Below are positions 18,004 to 25,338 of a stretch of 64,000 bases of DNA, in pieces. The notes under the pieces are model-generated. The model saw nothing but the letters and a program-made list of their open reading frames with translations. It had not been told where the DNA came from and searched no databases. Source of the DNA: an uncultured Veillonellaceae bacterium (GTDB taxonomy: Bacteria; Bacillota; Negativicutes; Selenomonadales; Selenomonadaceae); NCBI GenBank assembly GCA_900316275.1, contig ONCF01000022.1, forward strand, positions 1,957 through 65,956. The letters are read 5' to 3'. How positions within the stretch are numbered: the first letter of the stretch is position 1; each line of letters begins with the position of its first letter. A program made the position numbers and the translations under genes.

Positions 18004-18365
18004 CAGCCTACTGCTTTACGGACAGCCTCCAGTACGCGGTCGGCCTGGAAAGGCTTCACGATGAAGTCGCGTGCACCGGCCTGAATGGCCTCGATAACCA
18101 TGGCCTGCTGGCCCATGGCGCTGCACATGACGATTTTGGCATTCGGGTCAACCTTCTTGATTTCCTTGACGGCACTGATGCCATCCATCTCCGGCATCGT
18201 GATATCCATCGTCACGAGGTCCGGCTTGAGCTCCTGGTATTTCTCCAGCGCCTTCATACCGTTCTCGGCCTCGCCTACGACTTCGTAGCCGTTCTTCGAC
18301 AGGATATCTTTAACCATCATTCTCATAAAAGCTGCGTCGTCGACGACTAACACTCGTACTGCCAT
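18003..18365 (-). CDS. cheY: Chemotaxis response regulator CheY
   Basis: 120-aa stand-alone receiver domain (VLVVDDAAFMR...DLVTMDITMPEMDG...AKIVMCSA...DFIVKPF). Confidence 0.96.
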   Translation of the reverse strand: MAVRVLVVDDAAFMRMMVKDILSKNGYEVVGEAENGMKALEKYQELKPDLVTMDITMPEMDGISAVKEIKKVDPNAKIVMCSAMGQQAMVIEAIQAGARDFIVKPFQADRVLEAVRKAVG

Positions 18366-18416
18366 GTTTCATCTCTCCTCATCTTTAGAAAAATGCTTCT
18401 AAACATTGTTGACATC

Positions 18417-18445
18417 ATTATATAGGAAAATCCTGCGTGAGACAA
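18417..18445 (-). promoter_or_regulatory. Candidate internal sigma-A-type promoter upstream of cheY
   Basis: The minus strand reads TTGTCT (18445-18440), 17 nt of spacer, then TATAAT (18422-17), within the 90-nt fliY-cheY gap. Confidence 0.45.
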
Positions 18446-18455
18446 GCGCCCTGCC

Positions 18456-19772
18456 TTATTGTAATTTTGCGGCGCGCTCCTCAGGACTTGCTATCTCGGT
18501 AATGCGAACACCGAAGTTCTCATCGATGACCACGACCTCGCCCTTGGCCAGGAATTTGCCATTGACCTGAATGTCCACGGGCTCGCCGGCCAGCTTATCC
18601 AGCTCGACGATAGAGCCGTTCGTCAGCTCCAAAATCTCCTTGATGGACTTGCGGGTGCGTCCCAGCTCCACCGTGACCTGCAAAGGCACATCGAGAATCA
18701 GGCCGATATTGGCATCGTTGACTTGTACCGGAGCCGTGCTGAGCGGTGTGAACTGTGCCGGCTGTACCGGAACATTCGTGGCCACATGCGGCTGCTGCAT
18801 CGGCGCTGCATAGCCGTAGCCCGGTGGAGCCATCTGCGGCTGCATCATGGGCTGCTGCATCGGTGCCTGCATGGGCTGTTGCATCGGCGGCGGTGTCATC
18901 TGCGGCTGTGGTGCTGGTGCCGGCGCAGGCGCCGGAGCCGGCGCAGGTGCCGCCGCGGCTGGTGCCGGTGCTGGTGCCGGTTCCTCCGGTTCTGCCGTGC
19001 TGCCTGTCAGAGACTCTACCATCTCCTGGGCCACGTGCACCGGCAAAATCTGCATGATTTCACTGTCGATGAGGCCATCGACCTCCATGCGGAACGCAAT
19101 GCGTACCACGGGGTCGTTGTTACCCACAATCTCCGTGACCTTATCTTCCGTCCCCAGGTCGATGAGATTGACCTTCGGGGGCGAGATATCGATTTTTTTG
19201 TTGAACATCGTCGAGAGCGACGTCGCCACAGTACCCATCATCTGGTTCATGGACTCGCCCACGGCACTCATATGAATCTCGTTGAGCTCCGCATCCGGCG
19301 ACGTACCGTCGCCGCCCATCATGAGGTCGGCGATAATGGCTGCATCCTGCGCCTGGATGGCCAGGACGTTACTGCCCTCGATACCGATGGTATAGCCCAC
19401 CTCAACGATGAGGTAAGGCATCGGATAGTGCTCCTTGATGATGCTCATGGTCGAAACGGCCACAGTCGGCGTGGTAATCGAAACCTTGTGGCCTAGCAGC
19501 ACCGAGAGCGTCGTCGCCGCACTGCCCATGGAGATATTGCCGATTTCCCCCAGTGCATCCTTCTCCATATCCGACAGCACATCGGCAAACTGAGATGAAT
19601 CGTCTCCGCCGGCCTCAGCTACGGGTTCGGCTGCTGGTGCTTCAGCGGCCGGCTCATCAGCAGCTGCTGCGGCCTCGCCTGAGTCCGAATCTCCCGCGGG
19701 TGCATCTCCGCCCCCTCCCATGCCATTCAGCAGGGCATCAATTTCCTCTTGCGAGATTTTATCGTCACTCAT
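18456..19772 (-). CDS. fliY: Flagellar switch protein FliY (CheC-like phosphatase domain fused to FliN)
   Basis: MSDDKISQEEIDALLNG, a CheC-like module (MEKDALGEIGNISMGSAATTL) and a C-terminal FliN/SpoA domain (ILDVPLQVTVELGRTRKSIKEILEL). ATG 19772 overlaps the fliM stop; 19784 is an alternative start. Confidence 0.93.
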   Translation of the reverse strand: MSDDKISQEEIDALLNGMGGGGDAPAGDSDSGEAAAAADEPAAEAPAAEPVAEAGGDDSSQFADVLSDMEKDALGEIGNISMGSAATTLSVLLGHKVSITTPTVAVSTMSIIKEHYPMPYLIVEVGYTIGIEGSNVLAIQAQDAAIIADLMMGGDGTSPDAELNEIHMSAVGESMNQMMGTVATSLSTMFNKKIDISPPKVNLIDLGTEDKVTEIVGNNDPVVRIAFRMEVDGLIDSEIMQILPVHVAQEMVESLTGSTAEPEEPAPAPAPAAAAPAPAPAPAPAPAPQPQMTPPPMQQPMQAPMQQPMMQPQMAPPGYGYAAPMQQPHVATNVPVQPAQFTPLSTAPVQVNDANIGLILDVPLQVTVELGRTRKSIKEILELTNGSIVELDKLAGEPVDIQVNGKFLAKGEVVVIDENFGVRITEIASPEERAAKLQ

Positions 19773-20790
19773 CCGTATGTTCATCTCCTTCGATTTCTTT
19801 CTGTTCTTCGGCGTTGATGACCTTCGTTATCTGGACTGCCATCTTCTTGCCGGAGGTACCTGGCCGGCAGTAAAACTTCGGCCGCTTCCCTACCATGCAC
19901 TTCAAATCATCATCCACTTTCGTATCCATTTGCAGGACATCGCCAAAACCTAAGGTCAGGAACTCGCGGATGGAAATGTCAATCCTGCCCATCTCCACCA
20001 CCACTGGCACCTCAGTATGTTCAATCTTGCGCTGCAAGATTTCCACTGCCTGCGGGTCATTTTCCTTGGTAACCGAAGAAGCAACCCAGAACGTCGTGGT
20101 CAGCTTCGACATGATGGGCTCCAATACCAGATATGGTATACAGATATTCATCATGCCTTCCACTTCGCCGACCTTCATCTGAATGGTGACAATGACCACC
20201 ATATCCGTCGGCGGTACAATCTGCGTAAACTGCGGATTGGACTCCGTAGCCTCCAGGGAAGGCTTGAACGCGATGACGTTAGCCCAGGCCTCCCGGAGTT
20301 CATCCATCGCCGTATCGATGAAGCTGCGCATGACCACTTCCTCGATATCCGTCAGTACCCGGGGCTTCACTGAGCCCTTGCCCTCGCCGCCAAAAACGCG
20401 TTCGATAAAGGCAAAAGCAATCTCGGTATTAATTTCCATGATGATGTTGCCCTTGAGGGGCGGCACCGCCAGGATACTGATGACCGAGGGGTTAGCCAGC
20501 GACTGCACAAACTCCTGATATGTAAGCTGCTCTACAGAGGCAACCTCTACCTTGACCATCGTACGCAAATGCGTCGACAGATATGTATTCAACAAGCGCG
20601 AAAAACTTTCATGCAGCATGAACAGCGTGCGAATCTGGTCTTTCGAGAACTTGTCCGGTCTGCGGAAATCATACGTCTTGACTTTTTTCTGTTCTTCTTC
20701 AGCCTTGACGTCATCGGCAGTCATGGAACCATCAGATAAAGCGGAGAGCAGTTTATCTATCTCTGATTGGGACAGTACATCCTCTGCCAA
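19765..20790 (-). CDS. fliM: Flagellar switch protein FliM
   Basis: 341 aa with the N-terminal CheY-P binding motif LSQSEIDKLLSAL, a FliM middle domain and a C-terminal SpoA domain. Confidence 0.96.
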   Translation of the reverse strand: MAEDVLSQSEIDKLLSALSDGSMTADDVKAEEEQKKVKTYDFRRPDKFSKDQIRTLFMLHESFSRLLNTYLSTHLRTMVKVEVASVEQLTYQEFVQSLANPSVISILAVPPLKGNIIMEINTEIAFAFIERVFGGEGKGSVKPRVLTDIEEVVMRSFIDTAMDELREAWANVIAFKPSLEATESNPQFTQIVPPTDMVVIVTIQMKVGEVEGMMNICIPYLVLEPIMSKLTTTFWVASSVTKENDPQAVEILQRKIEHTEVPVVVEMGRIDISIREFLTLGFGDVLQMDTKVDDDLKCMVGKRPKFYCRPGTSGKKMAVQITKVINAEEQKEIEGDEHTDE

Positions 20791-20824
20791 ATTTTATCCT
20801 CCTCCCTGCGCGAATCAGCTTGCC

Positions 20825-21337
20825 TTATTGCAGCAGGAAGCTCGTGATATAGACATCATAGACTGATCCCTGCCCCAGCTTATCATTGAGGGCATCCTTC
20901 AAGTTTTTCTTGAGCTCATCCTGCTTGGCCGCGCTGAAGTCCTCCAGCGGGGCCTTGCGCAGATACTCCATCGTCGTGTCGAGAATTTTCGTCTCGGCGG
21001 ACGTCGTGAGCTTGCCATCGGCCAGGTTATCCTTTTTGCCGGGGTTCAGCTCCAGCACGATACCGGCCTTGAGGAACTTGTTCTGCTTGCCTCCGCCGAC
21101 GTTGACCAGAATACCTTCTTTGGCATCACCGAGCTTGATGAAGACGCCAGGGTCGTGGTTGGTCGCTGCACCGCCATCCGCCACCGTATTGGCCATCATC
21201 TTGGTGGTCACAAAGAAGGAGATACCGCCTGCCAGCGCCAGGCCGACGAGGACCAGCACTACAATCAGAATTATCGGCGACTTCTTCTTCGGCTGCTCCT
21301 CAGGGGCGGCTTCTTTGCTCTTATCTTCCTCAGCCAT
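20825..21337 (-). CDS. fliL: Flagellar basal-body-associated protein FliL
   Basis: 170 aa with a single TM helix followed by the FliL domain (FIKLGDAKEGILVNVGGGKQNKFLKAGIVLEL). Confidence 0.9.
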   Translation of the reverse strand: MAEEDKSKEAAPEEQPKKKSPIILIVVLVLVGLALAGGISFFVTTKMMANTVADGGAATNHDPGVFIKLGDAKEGILVNVGGGKQNKFLKAGIVLELNPGKKDNLADGKLTTSAETKILDTTMEYLRKAPLEDFSAAKQDELKKNLKDALNDKLGQGSVYDVYITSFLLQ

Positions 21338-21370
21338 GAAAGTTGCTCCTTCCTAAATAACTACCATTAC

Positions 21371-21398
21371 ATTATAGCAATTGCCGTGGAAAAGTCTA
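21371..21398 (-). promoter_or_regulatory. Candidate internal sigma-A-type promoter upstream of fliL
   Basis: The minus strand reads TAGACT (21398-93), 16 nt of spacer, then TATAAT (21376-71), within the 63-nt flbD-fliL gap. Confidence 0.4.
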
Positions 21399-21400
21399 CT

Positions 21401-21601
21401 TTAAAATTGCCGTAGAGCGCGGCGATATTTCATCACGCGGCGCACGACCTCGTCCATGGGCTCCTCAACGATGAGCTTCTTTTCGTTCGTCAGCGTGATG
21501 ACCGTATCCGGGGTCTCTTCTATCATCTCTATTATTTCGGCATTGAGCACGAATTCTCCTTTTTTATTTGTCTGCGAATTGAATCGCGTCAGCTTAATCA
21601 T
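21401..21601 (-). CDS. flbD: Flagellar protein FlbD (core 66 aa; an in-frame upstream start at 21817 would give 138 aa)
   Basis: MIKLTRFNSQTNKKGEFVLNAEIIEMIEETPDTVITLTNEKKLIVEEPMDEVVRRVMKYRR matches the FlbD family. A GAAGGGGA RBS precedes ATG 21601. A stronger AGAGGAGG RBS precedes the in-frame ATG 21817. Confidence 0.85.
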   Translation of the reverse strand: MIKLTRFNSQTNKKGEFVLNAEIIEMIEETPDTVITLTNEKKLIVEEPMDEVVRRVMKYRRALRQF

Positions 21602-21867
21602 CTTGCTGCATCCCCTTCTGAACACGCCCGGTTCATCCTCTGACGCTGGCATTTCTCCCGTCGTGGTCTGCTCCGGCGTTGATACGGCCGCGGCATTAGC
21701 GCTATTGTCTGCTGCCTGAGCAGACTCACGCTCCACATGGTTATCTATGTTCGTCATAGAGGTGCCATTTTCCTCTTTATTTTTAACGATTTTCTGGAAA
21801 ATACTAAAAATCCCCATAATATGACCTCCTCTAACGCGCATATGCCGCTGTTTACCGCTGCTCCGGC

Positions 21868-21910
21868 AAGAAAAAGGCTGTGCCTAAAGGTATTATACCC
21901 CGACACAGCC
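21868..21910 (-). terminator. Intrinsic terminator or attenuator hairpin just after flgE
   Basis: Minus-strand RNA GGCUGUG...CACAGCC (21910-04 pairs with 21882-76), with an inner GGUA/UACC stem, followed by UUUUUCUU. It starts 23 nt after the flgE stop. Confidence 0.6.
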
Positions 21911-21932
21911 ATAAAGACAAAGTGGAAATTAG

Positions 21933-24266
21933 TTACCGTTTCATGTTGATGAGCGTCTCCAGCATCTCGTCGGACACCGTGATAATCTTGGAGTTGGACT
22001 GGAAGCCGCGTTGCGTGATAATCATATTCGAGAACTCCGTCGCGACATCGACGTTCGACATCTCGAGGGCGGACGTGGAGAGCGTGACGCCGAGGTCCGT
22101 GTTGTTGCCCACGGTCAGCGTACCGGAGTTGTTCGACTCCTGATAGAGGCTGTTGCCCGTCTTCGTGAGACCGGAGGCGTTCGTGAACTGTGCCACGGCG
22201 ACCTGCCCCTCGACGCGCTGCACGTCGTTCGTGTAGCTGCCGATGATGCGGCCCTGATTGTCGATGGTCACGCTGGAGAGCGTGCCCGTTGCGTTACCGT
22301 CGCTCGTGCTCGTCACCGTGCTGCCGCTCGCGTACTGCGTGAGCTTCGTGAGGTCGATAGCAATGCTCTGGTTGAGCTCAGCACCATTGGAGAGGATGAG
22401 GTTCGTCGACGTGGAGCCGGAGATGTAGTTGCCGTCCGTATCGAACTGCAGCGTCACATCGTTCATCGTAGCCTTCGTCGTCGTGCCGTCGCTCTCTTTG
22501 ATAGAGGTCGAGCCACTGCCATCCGGATTGATGGAGACCGTCCACTGGTTACCGGTGTTACTGTCCGTGCGCGTCTTGGTGAAGTAGAGCGTCACGTCGT
22601 GCTCGTTGCCCAGCGTATCGTAAGTTTTGATAGTCGTGGCCACCGGCATGCTGTAGCCGATATTGTAGGCACCCGTCGTCTCCGTCACGGAGCTGCCGTC
22701 GCTCATGTTCAGGCTGACCGACTTCGGCGACAGCGCCGTATAAACGTTGCCGACCTTGTAACCGCTCTTATCCGAGCTGCTCACGGCAATCGTGCTGCCG
22801 TTTTCGTCCGTCAGCGTGATGCCGCTCGTCGTCAGACCGGTGTTTGCCTTGAGATAGGCACCGGAGGTCTTCGTATCAAAGGTATCCGTGCCGTCATCCG
22901 AAGTCACCGTGCCCGAAATTTCGCTGACCGTCGGGTTGTCGTTGGCCGTAATCGAGGAAATGCTCGAGGTGGGCAGACCGGAGAACGAGCTAATCGTCGG
23001 CGTCACCGCCTGGCCAATGGTATAGCTGCGGATGTTGGCCTTGCTGGAGGTGATCACCGAGCCATCGGACAGCGTCACCTGCGTACCCGTAATAGCCTTG
23101 ACCGTCGGCGAAATGGCACCTGTCTTGTAATCCACCGTGGAGCTGGCCGAAATGGTCAGGGTATCGCCATTGCTCAACGCAGCCTTGTAAGTCGAGCCGC
23201 TATTGTTGGTCAGCACATCGCCGCTGTGCAGCGTGACCGTGGTACCCTTGATTTCATCGATGGTATCCGTAGCCAGGCTGCTGCCCTTGGTATAGGTGCG
23301 GCCCGTACTGCCTACGGCTACCGTGTCGCCGTTGTTCAACGTCACCGTATAGGCACTGTTCGAGGCCGTAACCGTGGCACCATCTTTATAGGTAACATTG
23401 TTGCCAGCCGCAGCCGTGACCAGCGTGCTGACCGCCGACGCAGGTACGGAGCCAATCGTGTAGCGGGCCGTAGAGGTCGTCGGCACCGTCAGCGTATCGC
23501 CGTTGCTCAACATGACTTTGACGTTTGAGACCGCATAGTTATTGCCCATAGTGTACTGGCCTTTAGCGGAATCAATCGTGATATTGCCTGCGAAGCTCAC
23601 ATCGACATTCTCGATATTGGACGTATGGGTCTCCCCCACAGCCCACTGCGAGCTGTCCGTCGAGGTCACCTTGACCGTGTTGCCGTTGCCATCGAGCACG
23701 TTCATGCTCTGGATGGTCGCCGCGGCCGAGTTCAGGTTGTTCGTGTAGACCGTCTGCGTCGTGGCTGTCGGGTTCATCGTCGAGCCCGCCACGAGCTGCA
23801 GTTTGCCCATGTTCGCCTCGGTCGTGCTCTCCGGCAGCGTGCCGTCCGTCGCCGTCCAGCCCTGTACATAGAGGCCGGCGCTGTTGACGAAGTTGCCCGC
23901 CTCGTCGAACTGGAAGTCACCGTTACGCGTGTAGTACGTCTGGTTACCCTGCTTCACGACGAAGAGGCCGTTGCCCTGCAGAGCCATATCCGTGTTCTTG
24001 CCCGTGGACTGCGTCGAACCATCCGTGAACAGGAGGTCGATGCTCGCGACGACGGAGCCGAGGCCAATCTGCTTCGGGTTCGTGCCGCCGACCGTGCCGT
24101 TGCTGGACGACGCCGCCGTCAGCGTCTGCGAGAACATATCCGCAAACGTCGTACGGCTGGATTTAAAACCGGTCGTGTTGACATTCGCGATGTTGTTGCC
24201 GATAACATCCATACCCGTCTGATGGGATTTCAAACCGGAGACGCCAGAAAAAAGTGAACGCATCAT
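21933..24266 (-). CDS. flgE: Flagellar hook protein FlgE, unusually long (777 aa)
   Basis: N-terminal [35 protein letters not shown] and C-terminal [36 protein letters not shown] are conserved. The central part is a Thr/Ser/Gly/Asn-rich insert of roughly 360 aa. Confidence 0.95.
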   Translation of the reverse strand: MMRSLFSGVSGLKSHQTGMDVIGNNIANVNTTGFKSSRTTFADMFSQTLTAASSSNGTVGGTNPKQIGLGSVVASIDLLFTDGSTQSTGKNTDMALQGNGLFVVKQGNQTYYTRNGDFQFDEAGNFVNSAGLYVQGWTATDGTLPESTTEANMGKLQLVAGSTMNPTATTQTVYTNNLNSAAATIQSMNVLDGNGNTVKVTSTDSSQWAVGETHTSNIENVDVSFAGNITIDSAKGQYTMGNNYAVSNVKVMLSNGDTLTVPTTSTARYTIGSVPASAVSTLVTAAAGNNVTYKDGATVTASNSAYTVTLNNGDTVAVGSTGRTYTKGSSLATDTIDEIKGTTVTLHSGDVLTNNSGSTYKAALSNGDTLTISASSTVDYKTGAISPTVKAITGTQVTLSDGSVITSSKANIRSYTIGQAVTPTISSFSGLPTSSISSITANDNPTVSEISGTVTSDDGTDTFDTKTSGAYLKANTGLTTSGITLTDENGSTIAVSSSDKSGYKVGNVYTALSPKSVSLNMSDGSSVTETTGAYNIGYSMPVATTIKTYDTLGNEHDVTLYFTKTRTDSNTGNQWTVSINPDGSGSTSIKESDGTTTKATMNDVTLQFDTDGNYISGSTSTNLILSNGAELNQSIAIDLTKLTQYASGSTVTSTSDGNATGTLSSVTIDNQGRIIGSYTNDVQRVEGQVAVAQFTNASGLTKTGNSLYQESNNSGTLTVGNNTDLGVTLSTSALEMSNVDVATEFSNMIITQRGFQSNSKIITVSDEMLETLINMKR

Positions 24267-24363
24267 AATGAATCAGTCTTCCTTTCCGAAAGCTAGCTTA
24301 TGATGCGCAGCCTGGGATGCGTCTGTCATTCAGCATCCCTGAGTTTCCTGCTATAGGTCCAAC

Positions 24364-24753
24364 TCAAATAATTGCTGCGCTGTCAATGTTCATAAAGAGA
24401 TTGTCTTTTGCACTCGTGCCATCCATGGCGGTAATCACAGTCCTGTTGGTCACGCTGACCACCAGGGCAATGTCATTGAGGTAAATCAGGGCTTCCCTGG
24501 CCCCTTTCTGCGCCAGCCTGCTGACGGTATCGTCCAGCTGTGCGAGCTGGGCATCGTCGAAGGACAGCTGCCGCTCCTGCATACGCGCCTGCGCATGCTG
24601 GGAGAATGCTACCCTGCCTTTGCCTGTCATATTCGACAGGATGCTGGCAAAATCCTCCTGCTGGTTCCGGCGATTGAGCGTGGAACGGGCAGAACTGTGA
24701 TTATCGGCGGGCAGGAGTGGCTGGGAAGGGAAGAAAATCCGCTGGTCAGCCAA
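24364..24753 (-). CDS. Small conserved flagellar-operon protein located between flgD and flgE (TIGR02530-like, assigned from memory)
   Basis: 129 aa, ...RVAFSQHAQARMQERQLSFDDAQLAQLDDTVSRLAQKGAREALIYLNDIALVVSVTNRTVITAMDG. Its position and size match the clostridial family. Confidence 0.7.
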   Translation of the reverse strand: MADQRIFFPSQPLLPADNHSSARSTLNRRNQQEDFASILSNMTGKGRVAFSQHAQARMQERQLSFDDAQLAQLDDTVSRLAQKGAREALIYLNDIALVVSVTNRTVITAMDGTSAKDNLFMNIDSAAII

Positions 24754-24772
24754 AATCCTGTACCTCCTTTGT

Positions 24773-25273
24773 TTACGCGGTGATTTCGGTAATGCCGCTG
24801 CTGACCTGATAGGTCTGCTTGCCCGAGGTCACGAGCAGCACCGGAGAATTCTCGACCATCTTGACGCCCGTGACCTGACCCGAGAGACTCTGCGTCGTCA
24901 CATTGCCATCCGTGCCCGTGTTCGACACCGACCACTTGACGGTCTTGCCGATGAGGCTCGCGTACTGCTGCATGGCGAGCGAGGAGTTAATGCCCGACAC
25001 ACTGTTCGACAGCGTTGACATCGTCTCGTTCAGGTTCGTCATCTGCTCCAGCGAGGAGAACTGCGCGAGCTGCGACATGTACTCCGTGCCCTCAGCCGGG
25101 TTCAGTGGGTCCTGATAACGCATCTGGGCCACCAGCAGCTGCAGGAACGCATCCTTGCCCAGCGTGCTGTTGCTCGTCGCCTTCTTGACGGCGTTCTGCG
25201 CGGCCTCGTACTCACTGACCGTCTGGGTCTTGCCATCGAGCGTAATGGTGTTGAGACTCGTAGAATCTGCCAT
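24773..25273 (-). CDS. flgD: Hook capping/scaffold protein FlgD
   Basis: LGKDAFLQLLVAQMRYQDPLNPAEGTEYMSQLAQFSSLEQM is the FlgD signature. Confidence 0.94.
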   Translation of the reverse strand: MADSTSLNTITLDGKTQTVSEYEAAQNAVKKATSNSTLGKDAFLQLLVAQMRYQDPLNPAEGTEYMSQLAQFSSLEQMTNLNETMSTLSNSVSGINSSLAMQQYASLIGKTVKWSVSNTGTDGNVTTQSLSGQVTGVKMVENSPVLLVTSGKQTYQVSSGITEITA

Positions 25274-25338
25274 AGAAAAACCTTCTTTCTCATTCTAACA
25301 GGCTGCACTGCGTTGAGCAGCCTGCCCTGTAAAGGAAT

